Source: an uncultured Alphaproteobacteria bacterium (GTDB lineage: Bacteria > Pseudomonadota > Alphaproteobacteria > M2410). Taken from it: 64,000 nt of DNA. The position numbers were made by a program, and so were the translations under genes. How positions within the stretch are numbered: position 1 is the first letter of the stretch; each line of letters begins with the position of its first letter. Below are positions 47,297 through 58,274 of this stretch, piece by piece. The notes under the pieces were generated by a model. It worked only from the letters and a program-made list of their open reading frames with translations, was not told the origin of the DNA and searched no databases. Location of the stretch: the NCBI GenBank assembly GCA_965603015.1, contig CBFDBJ010000004.1:5933-69932 (forward strand), read 5' to 3'.

Positions 47297-48304
47297 TTAC
47301 AAAAACTTCGCCATAGCCAGAGCTGTGTCGGACATGCGGGTCGCAAAGCCCCATTCATTGTCGTACCAGCTCAGGATGCGAACCATTGAACCTTCGATGA
47401 CCGTGGTCTGATCGAGAGCGAAGGACGAGGACGCGGGGTTGTGATTGAAATCGGAGGAGACGAGCGGGGCATCGACAACGTCGAGGACGCCCTTCAATTC
47501 GCCGTTTGCGGCTTCGATGATGGCTGCATTGATTTCCTCGACGGTCGTATTACGCGACGCCTTGAAGACAAGATCAACAACGGAGACATTTGGTGTCGGC
47601 ACGCGGATGGACGAGCCCTGCAGTTTGCCTTCCAGATGCGGCAACACGAGGCCGACAGCTTTGGCGGCGCCGGTTGATGTCGGGATCATCGACAAGGCAG
47701 CAGCCCGGGCCCGGTAGAGGTCGGAGTGCAAGGTGTCGAGGGTTGGCTGGTCACCGGTATAGGAGTGGATGGTGGTCATGTAACCGTGGTCCAGACCGAC
47801 GGCCTTGTCGAGGACATAGGCGACCGGAGCGAGACAGTTTGTCGTACATGAGGCGTTGGACACGATGTTGTCTTCAGCGGTCAGGGTGTTGTGGTTGACG
47901 CCGTAGACGATGGTCTTGTCGGCACCTGCACCAGGCTGGGAGATCAGGACCTTTTTGGCGCCGGCTTCCAGGTGAGCGGAGGCCTTTTCCTTGGCCGTGA
48001 AGATCCCGGTGCATTCCAATGCGATATCGACACCCAGTTCGCCCCATGGCAGATCCTTCGGGTCGCGAATGGCTGTGGCCTTCACTGACCCTGAGCCAAA
48101 CCGGATGATGTCGCCCTCGAAGGATACGTCCTCGGGAAACTTGCCGTGGATGGTGTCATACTGCAGCAGGTGTGCGTTTGTTTTGACCGGGCCCAGATCA
48201 TTGATGGCGACAACTTCGATGTCGTCGCGTCCGTTTTCGGCGATGGAGCGCAGGACGAGACGGCCGATGCGACCAAATCCGTTAATGCCTACTTTCAGTG
48301 TCAT
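47297..48304 (-). CDS. gap: Glyceraldehyde-3-phosphate dehydrogenase
   Basis: [15 protein letters not shown] with AAGGAGA 7 nt upstream. Confidence 0.9.
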   Translation of the reverse strand: MTLKVGINGFGRIGRLVLRSIAENGRDDIEVVAINDLGPVKTNAHLLQYDTIHGKFPEDVSFEGDIIRFGSGSVKATAIRDPKDLPWGELGVDIALECTGIFTAKEKASAHLEAGAKKVLISQPGAGADKTIVYGVNHNTLTAEDNIVSNASCTTNCLAPVAYVLDKAVGLDHGYMTTIHSYTGDQPTLDTLHSDLYRARAAALSMIPTSTGAAKAVGLVLPHLEGKLQGSSIRVPTPNVSVVDLVFKASRNTTVEEINAAIIEAANGELKGVLDVVDAPLVSSDFNHNPASSSFALDQTTVIEGSMVRILSWYDNEWGFATRMSDTALAMAKFL

Positions 48305-48326
48305 GATGTTCTCCTTGAGAAATCGT

Positions 48327-50297
48327 TTAGAGCTGTGATTTGGCCGCTGCAACGACGGCCTCGGCGGTTATTCCAAAATGAGTGTAGAGATCCTTGATCG
48401 GGGCGCTGGCACCAAAACCGGTCATGCCGACAAAGCGGCCGGTCTCACCGATAAAGCTTGTCCAGCCCAGGGAGACGGCGGCTTCAACGGCAACGCGAGC
48501 CGGTGCGGTGCCGATGATCTGAGTTTGATACTCTTCTTCCTGCTCAAAAAAGAGTTCAAAGGACGGTACCGACACGACCCGGGCGGGGATGCCTTCGGCT
48601 TCCAGCATGCCCTGAGCGGCGAGGGCGATTTCAACCTCGGAGCCCGTCGCGAACAGCGTGACCTTGGCCTCACCTGAAGCGGCTTTGAGCTCATAGGCCC
48701 CGTGAGCCGAGAGGTTTTCGCTGGTGTGCTCGGTGCGAACCGTGGGTAATCCCTGGCGGGTTAAAGCCATGACGCTCGGGCGGTGCTCGGATTCAAGCGC
48801 GGCTTGCCAGCATTCGGCGGTTTCAACAGCGTCGGCGGGGCGGAAGACCAGCATGCCCGGCATGGCGCGCAGGCTGGCCAAATGCTCGACCGGTTGGTGA
48901 GTTGGTCCGTCTTCGCCAAGACCGATGGAATCATGGGTCATTACATGAATGACACGCTGATGCATTAAAGCGCCAAGACGCATGGCGCCGCGGGCGTAAT
49001 CGGAAAAGACAAGGAATGTTCCGCTATAGGGAATGAAGCCGCCGTGAAGGGCGAGGCCGTTCATTGCCGCAGCCATGCCGAATTCGCGAATGCCGTAGTA
49101 GATGTAACGACCTTTCAGATTGCCGCGACCGACAACTTCAAGGTTTTTGGTTTTGGTGTTGTTGGATCCGGTGAGATCGGCAGAACCGCCAATGGTTTCA
49201 GTGAGCGCTGCGTTGATCACCTCCAGCGCCATTTCAGAGGAAGAGCGCGTTGCCGTCTTTGGCTGATCGGCGACGAGCTGCTTCTTGTATGTGTCGATTG
49301 CGGCGTCGAAACCTTCGGGCAACTGGCCTTGTTGGCGGCGGGTAAATTCTTCCTTTGCGCTGGACGCACCGAGCCTTGCTTGCCACTCGCTGCGAGCGCC
49401 TTCAGAGCGTTTGCCCGCCTCGCGCCATGCGGCGAGAATATCCCGGGGAATTTCGAAGGCCTCATGGGGCCAGCCCAGGGCCTTGCGCGTGGCGGCAACT
49501 TCGTCGGCGCCCAGTGCGGCGCCATGGGTTGCGGATGTTCCCTGTTTATTGGGGCTGCCGAAGCCGATGGTGGTTTTGCAGGCAATGAGCGATGGCTTGT
49601 CGGTCTTTTGCGCCGCGAGGATAGCGGCCTCGACAGCGTCGGGGTCATGGCCGTCGACGCGGGCGACATCCCAGCCGGAGGCTGCAAAGCGGGCAATCTG
49701 GTCGGTTGAATCTGACAGAGACAGCGGGCCGTCAATAGTAATGCCGTTGTCATCAAAGAGAACAATGAGTTTTGACAGCTGCAAGTGGCCAGCAAGGGCA
49801 ATGGCCTCGTGGCTGACCCCTTCCATGAGGCAGCCATCTCCGGCGGCAACGTAAGTGAAGTGATCGACAAGATCGTCACCGAAGTCGGCATTGAGGAGGC
49901 GTTCGCCGAGGGCAAAGCCGACGGAGGTTGCCAGGCCCTGGCCGAGTGGCCCGGTGGTCATCTCGATGCCTTTGGTGTGGCCATATTCCGGGTGACCGGC
50001 GGTTGATGAGCCCAGCTGACGGAAATCCTTGATTTCCTGCATGGTCATATCTTCGTAGCCCAGCAGGTGCAGCAGGGAATAGACCAGCATTGAACCGTGG
50101 CCAGCGGACAGGATGAAGCGATCCCGGTCGGCCCAATCAGGGTCAGACGGGTCAAACTTCATGATCCTGGTAAAAAGTACGGTTGCAACATCGGCGAAGC
50201 CCATTGGCATACCGGGATGTCCGGAATTGGCGCGTTGTACGGCGTCCATTGCGAGGGCGCGGATGGCATTCGCCATATCCTTGTGTGGTACTGTCAT
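48327..50297 (-). CDS. tkt: Transketolase
   Basis: 656 aa, TPP-binding GHPG...GDG motifs and a transketolase C-terminal domain. Confidence 0.9.
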   Translation of the reverse strand: MTVPHKDMANAIRALAMDAVQRANSGHPGMPMGFADVATVLFTRIMKFDPSDPDWADRDRFILSAGHGSMLVYSLLHLLGYEDMTMQEIKDFRQLGSSTAGHPEYGHTKGIEMTTGPLGQGLATSVGFALGERLLNADFGDDLVDHFTYVAAGDGCLMEGVSHEAIALAGHLQLSKLIVLFDDNGITIDGPLSLSDSTDQIARFAASGWDVARVDGHDPDAVEAAILAAQKTDKPSLIACKTTIGFGSPNKQGTSATHGAALGADEVAATRKALGWPHEAFEIPRDILAAWREAGKRSEGARSEWQARLGASSAKEEFTRRQQGQLPEGFDAAIDTYKKQLVADQPKTATRSSSEMALEVINAALTETIGGSADLTGSNNTKTKNLEVVGRGNLKGRYIYYGIREFGMAAAMNGLALHGGFIPYSGTFLVFSDYARGAMRLGALMHQRVIHVMTHDSIGLGEDGPTHQPVEHLASLRAMPGMLVFRPADAVETAECWQAALESEHRPSVMALTRQGLPTVRTEHTSENLSAHGAYELKAASGEAKVTLFATGSEVEIALAAQGMLEAEGIPARVVSVPSFELFFEQEEEYQTQIIGTAPARVAVEAAVSLGWTSFIGETGRFVGMTGFGASAPIKDLYTHFGITAEAVVAAAKSQL

Positions 50298-50733
50298 TGG
50301 ATTTGCTGTTCTTCCTGGATTTGCCGCTTGCCCGGCGCTCGAATTAGCTCGAGGAAACCTCTATCGTGATTCCCCGTTTTCGGGTTTCTGCTGTATAGTG
50401 CTTCACGGGGTCGCAGTATGGCGGGCTGCTTGCAACGATTGTTCAGGCAAGTTGCCCAAAGACTGCTGCCGAGAAGTTCTGCGTCCTGAATTCGGCGCAT
50501 TAATGCCGCTCTGAAGAGGCTCCGTCAAGGACTCTTCATGGCTCTGGGAGGAGTTCTCGCCGAATTGCTGACCGACAAATACCTGAGTCGGGCACTGGGA
50601 AATCGGTTGGTGGCATTGCAGAGGCGAGAAAGGTTGACGGCAGAATGGCTTGCAGCCTATTTTTGAAGTCAGGACTCGTGAGTCTTCGCCTTTTGTGGTG
50701 AAGGTGTGGTAGAGAACGAGCTGGATAACAGGA

Positions 50734-51015
50734 TTGGTGCAGGCAATGAGCAGCCTCGAAGTTTCACTGGAAAAATTTCTCGATGCCCTGGGCACGCTTG
50801 AGCGGGCTGTGGATCGCCGGCTTGTGGCTGAGGTCGATGGGTCCGATACCAGTGCTCTGGTCGAGGAACTCAACGGACTTCGGGCTGACAAGGCCTCTCT
50901 GGCCAGTGAACTGGAACGTGTCAGAACACAAAACCGGACTTTGGAAGCGCTAACCGATGACGTTAACTTGCGTCTGGATGGTGCAATTGGCGAAATTCGC
51001 GGTGCGCTCAAATAG
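50734..51015 (+). CDS. DUF4164-family coiled-coil protein
   Basis: 93-aa coiled coil immediately upstream of zapA, the usual alphaproteobacterial arrangement. Confidence 0.45.
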   Translation: MVQAMSSLEVSLEKFLDALGTLERAVDRRLVAEVDGSDTSALVEELNGLRADKASLASELERVRTQNRTLEALTDDVNLRLDGAIGEIRGALK

Positions 51016-51073
51016 AGCGCGGGCAATGCCACAGAGCGGCAAGTGCCAGCAGTAGAACAGGACAGGAAGATCG

Positions 51074-51466
51074 ATGGGTCAGCTCAACCTCCAGATTAAC
51101 GGACGCAGCTACGAAGTTGCCTGTGATGACGGTCAGGAAGAACATCTCACAGAACTCGCCGAGTATGTGACGAAACAGGCGGAAGGTTTGGCCGGATCTC
51201 TGGGTCAGATTGCCGATTCTCGTCTGCTTTTGATGACCTCGCTGATGATCGCCGATGAGCTTGGCGAAAGCATCGCCCGGATCGACGCGCTTGAAGAGGA
51301 GCTCGACATGCTGCGCTCGGCCAAACGGCCGTTAATGAGTGGTCAACCGGCAGGCGCTTCAGAAAACGGAGCCTCGGCCAGTGAAGATAGTGCCCGGCTC
51401 GCGGAAATCCTTGATCGGGCGACCACCCGCGTCCAGGACATTGCGGTTCGCGTCGCAAACGCCTAG
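51074..51466 (+). CDS. zapA: Cell division protein ZapA
   Basis: MGQLNLQINGRSYEVACDDGQEEHLTELAEYV. Confidence 0.75.
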   Translation: MGQLNLQINGRSYEVACDDGQEEHLTELAEYVTKQAEGLAGSLGQIADSRLLLMTSLMIADELGESIARIDALEEELDMLRSAKRPLMSGQPAGASENGASASEDSARLAEILDRATTRVQDIAVRVANA

Positions 51467-51469
51467 AAT

Positions 51470-51670
51470 GGCTGATGGCGGGCTCTGCCCGATTTGTCAG
51501 GAAGCCCTTTCCCTGAGGCCTTAATCTTCTTCTCGGGAGCTGTCCCTTGTTTGGACCGTGGTCCTTACGAAACGGCGCCCACCTGCTGAGTGCAGGCCCA
51601 CGAGGAACTCTCGCTTCCAACGGTTACGGTGGACCCGCCACTCCTCTCCATACCGCAGGCTCAAACGACG
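51470..51670 (+). ncRNA. ssrS: Candidate 6S RNA (ssrS); the ends are approximate
   Basis: A ~210-nt non-coding gap between zapA and 5-formyltetrahydrofolate cyclo-ligase. This is the conserved zapA-ssrS-ygfA synteny, and the GC-rich sequence has paired-arm potential. It has not been verified against a covariance model. Confidence 0.4.
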
Positions 51671-51678
51671 GGAAATTA

Positions 51679-52251
51679 ATGGCTGGTCCGGATCTTCTGA
51701 AAGATGAAACAAGACGGGCTCTGCGAGAAGCGCGAGCCCTTCTGTCAGATGAAGATCACAAACGCATGTCAGACCTGGCGATCCGGCGGTTTCTTGCCAG
51801 TATTCCTTATAAAGATTTCCAACGGATCGCCCTTTACTGGCCGATCGGGGCGGAGCTCAATCCGCTTGGACTTGCCCGGAGTCCAGAGCTGGCGGCTCAT
51901 ACTTTTGCCCTTCCCGTTATTGAGAGCGAAGAGAGCCCGCTGGGGTTTCGGCGTTGGGCTGCCGGGGATGAGGTTGTTGCGGCTGACTTCGGCGGTTCGG
52001 TCCCGCGTTCCACGGAGGCCCTCGTCCCGGACCTCGTTGTTGTGCCGCTTGTCGGATTTGACCGGCGGGGACACCGGCTCGGGCAGGGCGGCGGGTTTTA
52101 TGACCGAACGCTGGCGGAATTGCGCACCAATAGCAAAATTCTGGCCGTGGGGCTGGCCTTTTGCGTCCAGGAATGCTTGAACATCCCGCACGAAGACCAT
52201 GATGAGCGGCTTGACCGGGTTGTTACCGAGCAAGAGGTCATCGAGTTTTAA
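51679..52251 (+). CDS. ygfA: 5-formyltetrahydrofolate cyclo-ligase
   Basis: RIALYWPIGAELNP...VVPLVGFDRRGHRLGQGGGFYDR. Confidence 0.8.
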   Translation: MAGPDLLKDETRRALREARALLSDEDHKRMSDLAIRRFLASIPYKDFQRIALYWPIGAELNPLGLARSPELAAHTFALPVIESEESPLGFRRWAAGDEVVAADFGGSVPRSTEALVPDLVVVPLVGFDRRGHRLGQGGGFYDRTLAELRTNSKILAVGLAFCVQECLNIPHEDHDERLDRVVTEQEVIEF

Positions 52252-52308
52252 AGCTGCGCGGCGCATCGGGTGCCGCGTTTTTTGATAAATGTCAGGGCTA
52301 TTGATTAC

Positions 52309-53121
52309 ATGCGTATCCTGTTTCTGGGCGATATTGTTGGAAAGACCGGCCGCGACGGCGTGGTCAGGCTGTTGCCAGGTCTGCGCGAGACGCTGGCCCT
52401 CGACTTCGTCATTGTGAACGGGGAAAACGCGGCGCACGGCTTCGGCATCACGGCCAAGATCTGTGATGAACTGTTTGAGTGCGGCGTAGATGTCATCAGT
52501 ACAGGGAACCACATCTGGGATCAAAAAGAGGCCCTGAGTTTTATTGAACGCGAGGATCGGCTGCTGCGGCCGGTCAATTTTCCCAAAGGGACACCGGGTA
52601 AAGGCGCGGGCCTCTACCAGACGGCGAGCGGGGGCAGCGTTCTTGTGGTCAATGTAATGGGGCGCCTGTTCATGGATCCGCTGGATGATCCCTTTGCGGC
52701 GGTTGAGCGCGAACTTGAAGCGTGTCCGCTCGGCGCGGCGGCGGATGCCATCGTCATTGATGTCCATGCGGAAACGACGTCGGAGAAAAACGCCATGGGG
52801 CATTTTGCCGATGGCAGCGCCAGTCTTGTGGTGGGAACCCACACCCATATCCCGACGGCTGATACGCGTATCCTTGCGGGCGGGACGGCCTATCAGACCG
52901 ATGCGGGTATGTGCGGCGACTATGACAGCGTGATCGGTATGCAGAAGGACGAGGCGGTGGCGCGGTTTGTGCGAAAGTACTCGCTCGAGCGATTGCGGCC
53001 CGCTGATGGTCAGGCGAGCGTTTGCGGTGTTGTTGTTGAAACCGGACCGGATGGTCTGGCAGAGCGTGTGGCGCCGGTTCGTGTTGGCGGGTCTCTCACG
53101 CAGATTATGCCGGATTGGTAG
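52309..53121 (+). CDS. YmdB-family metallophosphoesterase (TIGR00282)
   Basis: MRILFLGDIVGKTGRD...VIVNGENAAHGFGIT... Confidence 0.8.
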   Translation: MRILFLGDIVGKTGRDGVVRLLPGLRETLALDFVIVNGENAAHGFGITAKICDELFECGVDVISTGNHIWDQKEALSFIEREDRLLRPVNFPKGTPGKGAGLYQTASGGSVLVVNVMGRLFMDPLDDPFAAVERELEACPLGAAADAIVIDVHAETTSEKNAMGHFADGSASLVVGTHTHIPTADTRILAGGTAYQTDAGMCGDYDSVIGMQKDEAVARFVRKYSLERLRPADGQASVCGVVVETGPDGLAERVAPVRVGGSLTQIMPDW

Positions 53122-53131
53122 GACAAAGCTC

Positions 53132-54229
53132 ATGCCTCAGACAGAACATGAACTTGAACGCAAGGTTCTGGATCTTGAGAAATACGCTCACCTTGATTCT
53201 CTGGAAGGTGTGACGCTTGTTGAGCCGAAACTTCCAAAGCTCACCAGTGTAGCAGGCATACGGCGGATTTTTCCCGGAACGCTGACGGCGATTGTTATTG
53301 CTCTGGCGGCAAGCTTCCTTTCTTCCCATTATGGCGCGCCGGTGATGTTCTTTGCACTGCTGATCGGGCTTGCATTTGATTTTCTGTCACAAGAAAAAAC
53401 CACGCAGCCGGGCATTGAGTTTTCCGCACGCACCGTGCTGCGCTTCGGCGTTGCCTTGCTCGGTGCGCGTATTACCTTCAGTCAAATACTGGATCTGGGC
53501 ATCGGCAATGTGCTGGCGGTGATCAGCGCCGTCATTTTCACGATCCTGTGCGGGTCGATCCTGGCGCGGCTGATGGGGTTGTCGAGGGAGCAGGGGCTTC
53601 TGTCCGGGGGTGCGGTGGCGATCTGCGGCGCCTCGGCGGCGCTGGCGATTTCCTCGGTGATGCCAAAAAGCAAGGATCTGGAGCGCAACACTATTTTCAC
53701 TGTGGTGTCGGTCACGACGCTCTCGACTATTGCGATGATCGCCTACCCGATTTTCACAGGGCTCATGGGCTTTTCGGATCATGAGGCCGGGATTTTTCTG
53801 GGTGGCACAATCCACGATGTCGCGCAGGTCGTCGGTGCCGGTTTTTCGGTCAGCCAGGAGGCGGGCGATACATCAACCATCGTCAAGCTCCTGCGGGTCA
53901 CCATGCTGCTGCCTGTGGTTCTGGTTTTCACCATGCTGTTCCGCAATGATAAAGGAGCCGATGGCGAACGAGCCACGACGGTGCCGACCTTTCTGATCGC
54001 CTTTGCTGCGCTGGTTGCCATCAATTCGGCGGGGGTCGTCCCCGATGTCATCATGGGCACGCTCAGCGATGTCTCGCGCTGGTGCCTCATTACCGCGATT
54101 GCGGCGCTTGGCATGAAGACATCCTTCAAGGCGCTGGCCCTTGTCGGCTGGCGACCGGTCCTGCTGGTTATGGCCGAAACGCTGCTGATGGCGGGGTTTG
54201 TATTGGCCTATCTGCTTGTGCTGGCGTAA
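53132..54229 (+). CDS. YeiH/UPF0324-family membrane protein (putative sulfate exporter)
   Basis: ~365-aa polytopic protein; start at MPQTEH with AGGA upstream. Confidence 0.7.
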   Translation: MPQTEHELERKVLDLEKYAHLDSLEGVTLVEPKLPKLTSVAGIRRIFPGTLTAIVIALAASFLSSHYGAPVMFFALLIGLAFDFLSQEKTTQPGIEFSARTVLRFGVALLGARITFSQILDLGIGNVLAVISAVIFTILCGSILARLMGLSREQGLLSGGAVAICGASAALAISSVMPKSKDLERNTIFTVVSVTTLSTIAMIAYPIFTGLMGFSDHEAGIFLGGTIHDVAQVVGAGFSVSQEAGDTSTIVKLLRVTMLLPVVLVFTMLFRNDKGADGERATTVPTFLIAFAALVAINSAGVVPDVIMGTLSDVSRWCLITAIAALGMKTSFKALALVGWRPVLLVMAETLLMAGFVLAYLLVLA

Positions 54230-54322
54230 GCGCCGCAAAAAACCTTGAAAATCTCGCCATTTTCGTTAGAAGCCTTGGCTTGAACCACAAAAATGTGACG
54301 CGTAATCGGGTCGGAGGAAATC

Positions 54323-55072
54323 ATGGCTGGACATTCCCAGTTTGCAAACATCATGCACCGCAAGGGTGCGCAGGACAAAAAGCGGGCGAAGATCTTCTCC
54401 AAGCTGGCCAAGGAAATTACTGTGGCGGCCAAGATGGGCGCGCCTGATCCGGATATGAACCCAAGGCTGCGCCTCGCTATCCTGCAGGCTCGCAAGGCCA
54501 ATGTGCCCAAGGACAATATCCAGCGCGCGATCAAGAAATCTCAAGCGGTTGGTGAAGCCAACTTTGACGAAATGCGCTACGAGGGCTTTGGTCCCGGCGG
54601 CATTGGCGTGATTGTTGAGGCGTTGACCGACAACAAGAACCGCACGGCTGGCGATGTGCGCGCAACGTTCACGAAATATGGCGGCAACCTTGGTGAAAAC
54701 GGCTCGGTTGGCTTTATGTTCGATCGGGTCGGGGCCATTGAGTTCAAGCCGGAGGTCGGCGACGCCGACGCGATCATGGAGGCGGCAATCGAGGCGGGCG
54801 CGGACGATTGCGAGAGCGATGACGATAGCCACACGATCTATTGCGAGCCTGAGGCGCTGCATGAGGTCAAGGAAGCGCTCGAGACTGGTCTGGGCGAAGC
54901 CGAAAGCGCCAAGCTGATCTGGAAGCCGCAGAATACGATCGAGCTCGACATCGACAAGGCCCAGACCCTGATGAAGCTCTATGAGGCGCTTGAAGACAAT
55001 GACGACGTTCAAAGCGTCTATGCCAACTTCGAGATCTCTGCGGAAGTTATGGCGCAGCTGGCTGCACAGTAG
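54323..55072 (+). CDS. yebC: YebC/PmpR-family transcriptional regulator
   Basis: [32 protein letters not shown]. Confidence 0.9.
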   Translation: MAGHSQFANIMHRKGAQDKKRAKIFSKLAKEITVAAKMGAPDPDMNPRLRLAILQARKANVPKDNIQRAIKKSQAVGEANFDEMRYEGFGPGGIGVIVEALTDNKNRTAGDVRATFTKYGGNLGENGSVGFMFDRVGAIEFKPEVGDADAIMEAAIEAGADDCESDDDSHTIYCEPEALHEVKEALETGLGEAESAKLIWKPQNTIELDIDKAQTLMKLYEALEDNDDVQSVYANFEISAEVMAQLAAQ

Positions 55073-55081
55073 CTGCCAAGA

Positions 55082-55200
55082 TGTCATCCCGGGCGAGCAT
55101 AGCGAGACCCGGGATCTCTGACCCCCGATCTTGCGACCCGGTGAAATCCTGCATCAGGCGCCTTCGTGCCCTGAGGCCCCGGATCAAGTCCGGGGCGACA
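55082..55200. repeat. Structured intergenic repeat, copy 2
   Basis: Same termini and hairpins as copy 1, with a longer first loop (14 nt). Confidence 0.8.
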
Positions 55201-55307
55201 ATAATTGATATGTTCTTCTTCTGTTTCCTTTTTGGGACGAATCTGAGATGGTCAGCCGTTGGTTGAACAATTCATCGGATGAGCCTGTGCGCGCTCCTGT
55301 CAGAGTT

Positions 55308-55814
55308 ATGGGAATTGATCCCGGACTTCGGTTTTGTGGTTGGGGCATTATTGAGTCTGATGGCTCGAATCTGCGCCATGTGGCCAACGGGACGGTGACA
55401 TCGGATGCGGCGCTGGATCTGTCCGAGCGGCTGTTGCAGCTTCACGTCGGGCTCAGTGATGTGATCCGCAGTTTTGCGCCCGATGAGGCCGCTGTTGAGC
55501 AAGCCTTCGTCAATCGGGACGGGGCCGGGACCCTGAAGCTCGGGCAAGCGCGCGGCATTGCGGTGCTGGTGCCGGCGCAGGCGGGGCTACGGGTGGCGGA
55601 ATATGCGCCCAACAAGGTCAAGAAATCGGTTGTCGGGGCGGGTCATGCGGGCAAGGATCAGGTCACGGCGATGGTGCGGATGCTGCTGCCGTCATGTGAT
55701 ATTCATTCTGCGGATGCGGCCGACGCGCTGGCCATTGCGATTTGCCATGCGCATCATCGCGGCGCTGACGACAAGGTGGCGATGGCACTGCTCAAAGAGG
55801 TAGGCGGAGTATGA
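55308..55814 (+). CDS. ruvC: Holliday junction resolvase
   Basis: [15 protein letters not shown]...; start uncertain (GTG further upstream is possible); 4-nt overlap with ruvA. Confidence 0.85.
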   Translation: MGIDPGLRFCGWGIIESDGSNLRHVANGTVTSDAALDLSERLLQLHVGLSDVIRSFAPDEAAVEQAFVNRDGAGTLKLGQARGIAVLVPAQAGLRVAEYAPNKVKKSVVGAGHAGKDQVTAMVRMLLPSCDIHSADAADALAIAICHAHHRGADDKVAMALLKEVGGV

Positions 55815-56425
55815 TTGGCAAACTGAAGGGTCTGGTTGATTCCGTCGGCGATGACTGGGTCATCATTGATGTCGGCGGGGTTGGTTATCATGTGCAATGC
55901 GCGTCGCGGACGCTGGCGTCGTTGCCGGGAATTGGCGAGGCGACCTCGCTGGCCATCGAGACCCATGTGCGCGAGGACATGATCCGTCTCTATGGATTTG
56001 CATCGGGTCTCGAGCGCGACTGGTTTCGTTTGTTGCAAAGTGTGCAGGGGGTTGGCGCGAAAGTGGCACTGGCGATCCTGAGCACGCTGACGACAGAGGA
56101 GTTAACCAGCGCCATCGTCTTTCAGGACAAGACAATCGTGGGGCGGGCGTCGGGCGTTGGCCCCAAGCTGGCTGTGCGGATCGTCAATGAATTGAAAGAC
56201 AAGGCGCCAACGTCCGGTGTTGTTATTGAAGGCGGTGCACCGTCTGCCGGTGATGCTCCGCAAACAGATCATGGGTTGCAAATGGATGCGGTATCGGCGC
56301 TGGTTAATCTGGGCTATCAACAGGCGCAGGCCGCCGGCGCTGTCAGAGGGGCTTCGGGAAATCTTGGCGACGGGGCCGGGCTTGATGATTTGATTAAAGA
56401 AGGGCTGAAGCAGCTTGCGAGTTGA
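55811..56425 (+). CDS. ruvA: Holliday junction branch-migration protein RuvA
   Basis: [28 protein letters not shown]. Confidence 0.9.
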   Translation: MIGKLKGLVDSVGDDWVIIDVGGVGYHVQCASRTLASLPGIGEATSLAIETHVREDMIRLYGFASGLERDWFRLLQSVQGVGAKVALAILSTLTTEELTSAIVFQDKTIVGRASGVGPKLAVRIVNELKDKAPTSGVVIEGGAPSAGDAPQTDHGLQMDAVSALVNLGYQQAQAAGAVRGASGNLGDGAGLDDLIKEGLKQLAS

Positions 56426-56439
56426 GCTGGAAATTTCGG

Positions 56440-56559
56440 TGTCATCCCGGGCAAGCGCAGCGCGACCCGGGATCTGAGGGCAAGATGTTGCAACGCGCTG
56501 AAAACAGAATGAGAAGCAAGGGCCGTGCCCTGAGATCCCGGATCAGGTCCGGGACGACA
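56440..56559. repeat. Structured intergenic repeat, copy 3 (between ruvA and ruvB)
   Basis: Same termini; the second hairpin is TCCCGGA-loop-TCCGGGA, against CCCCGGA/TCCGGGG in copy 2. Confidence 0.8.
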
Positions 56560-56585
56560 TGTTGAGAGATAAAGGTAAAGCCTTC

Positions 56586-57641
56586 ATGGCTGACGCACAG
56601 GAAGACAGGCTCCTTGACGGGGCGCCGAAGATTGAAGATGCAGGCGAGACCAGCCTTCGTCCGCTCAGTCTTGCGGATTTCACCGGCCAGGCGCGGGTGC
56701 GCGAAAACCTTGAGATTTTCATCAAGGCAGCGCGGGCGCGCGGTGATGCGCTGGACCATGTGCTGCTTGCCGGACCGCCGGGGCTTGGCAAGACAACGCT
56801 GGCGCAAATTGTGGCGCGGGAACTCGGGGTTAATTTTCGGGCCACATCCGGTCCGGTGATTGCAAAGGCCGGCGACCTTGCGGCACTTCTGACCAACCTG
56901 CAGAAAAATGATGTGCTCTTCATTGACGAGATCCACCGGCTCAGCCCGGCGGTTGAGGAAATCCTCTATCCGGCGATGGAAGACTTTCAGCTGGATTTGA
57001 TCATTGGTGAGGGGCCGGCGGCACGATCTGTACGGATCGATCTGGCGCCCTTCACGCTGGTCGGGGCAACGACGCGGTCGGGCATGATCACGACGCCGCT
57101 CAGGGACCGGTTCGGTATTCCATTGCGGCTCAATTTTTATGAATATGACGAGCTGAAATCGATTATCACGCGCGGCGCGTCGGTGCTGGGCATCGAGATC
57201 GATGAAGGCGGCGCCAGCGAAATTGCGCATCGCTCGCGCGGCACACCGCGCATCGCCGGACGCCTCCTCAGGCGCGTGCGGGACTTTGCTGCCGTGTCCG
57301 GGCACGGCGTGATCGATCAAAAAATTGCCGATGCGGCGCTTGGCCGTCTTGAGGTCGACAAGCGCGGTCTGGATCAGATGGACATACGCTATCTTTCCAT
57401 GATTGCGGGCAACTTCGGCGGCGGCCCGGTCGGGGCGGAGACCATTGCCGCGGCACTTAGCGAGCCCCGGGATGCGATCGAGGAAATCATCGAGCCCTAT
57501 TTGATCCAGCAGGGCTTTGTGCAGCGCACCCCGAGGGGGCGTCTGCTGACCGGCCAGGCCTTCAAACATCTGGGCCTTGATGTCCCCACCGCGGTTCGGG
57601 AACAAGGTCAGCTGTTTTCCGAGGGGAACGACGATGAGTGA
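56586..57641 (+). CDS. ruvB: Holliday junction branch-migration ATPase RuvB
   Basis: AAA+ Walker [10 protein letters not shown], sensor regions and a RuvB C-terminal winged helix. Confidence 0.9.
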   Translation: MADAQEDRLLDGAPKIEDAGETSLRPLSLADFTGQARVRENLEIFIKAARARGDALDHVLLAGPPGLGKTTLAQIVARELGVNFRATSGPVIAKAGDLAALLTNLQKNDVLFIDEIHRLSPAVEEILYPAMEDFQLDLIIGEGPAARSVRIDLAPFTLVGATTRSGMITTPLRDRFGIPLRLNFYEYDELKSIITRGASVLGIEIDEGGASEIAHRSRGTPRIAGRLLRRVRDFAAVSGHGVIDQKIADAALGRLEVDKRGLDQMDIRYLSMIAGNFGGGPVGAETIAAALSEPRDAIEEIIEPYLIQQGFVQRTPRGRLLTGQAFKHLGLDVPTAVREQGQLFSEGNDDE

Positions 57642-58122
57642 TCAGGATTTTCAGCCCGCCCAGCAGCCGCCCTTGCCGGAAAGCGACATCAATGGTTATC
57701 TGCGCGATGGCGAGCACCATCAGCCGGTCCGGGTCTATTACGAGGACACCGATGCCTCGGGCATTGTGTTTTACGGCAATTATGCGCGGTTTATCGAGCG
57801 CGGCCGGACCAATTTTCTGCGCCTTCTGGGTGTCCATCACCAGGATCTGTTTGCCCTTGAAGAGCCGATTGCCTTCACGGTGACCCGGCTGGAGATGGAT
57901 TATCTGCGGCCCGCACGGCTTGATGACACGCTGATGGTCAAGAGCCGCTACACAAAAGTGACGGCGGCGCGGATCTTCGGGCTGCAGTCGGTCTGGCGCG
58001 GCGAGGAAGAGCTGGTCCGGGCGAGAATCCAGGCCGCCTGCATCAATCTCGACGGCAAGGCGCGCCGGATCCCCGGATATGTGCGAGACCTGATGGCACC
58101 GCATCTCTCGGATGAAGCCTGA
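57634..58122 (+). CDS. ybgC: Tol-Pal-associated acyl-CoA thioesterase (4HBT fold)
   Basis: [30 protein letters not shown]; start overlaps the ruvB stop by 8 nt. Confidence 0.8.
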   Translation: MSDQDFQPAQQPPLPESDINGYLRDGEHHQPVRVYYEDTDASGIVFYGNYARFIERGRTNFLRLLGVHHQDLFALEEPIAFTVTRLEMDYLRPARLDDTLMVKSRYTKVTAARIFGLQSVWRGEEELVRARIQAACINLDGKARRIPGYVRDLMAPHLSDEA

Positions 58123-58274
58123 CCAGCAAGCAGGTCTGAAAACTGGCAACCGTTGCCAAATCACCATAAAATATAAAGTTTCATACCCTATTTTGGTCAA
58201 ATTGATGGCTTATAGCGCTGGGTTATGGCCATACTGCAACCTGTTACCTTGGGGGAAAAGGGGACATACTAACG

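Noticed and set aside
47166-47354. Short ORFs overlapping the repeat copies (47166..47354 -, 55081..55266 +)
   Set aside because: The reading frames are not conserved between repeat copies and the copies differ by indels in the loops, so the elements are non-coding.
51769-53133. 454-aa minus-strand ORF
   Set aside because: It is antisense to ygfA and ymdB, both with clear family motifs on the plus strand. It is a low-complexity Arg-rich translation.
56442-57605. 387-aa minus-strand ORF opposite ruvB
   Set aside because: ruvB on the plus strand has unambiguous AAA+ motifs. The antisense ORF starts inside the repeat element and is Arg/Pro-rich.
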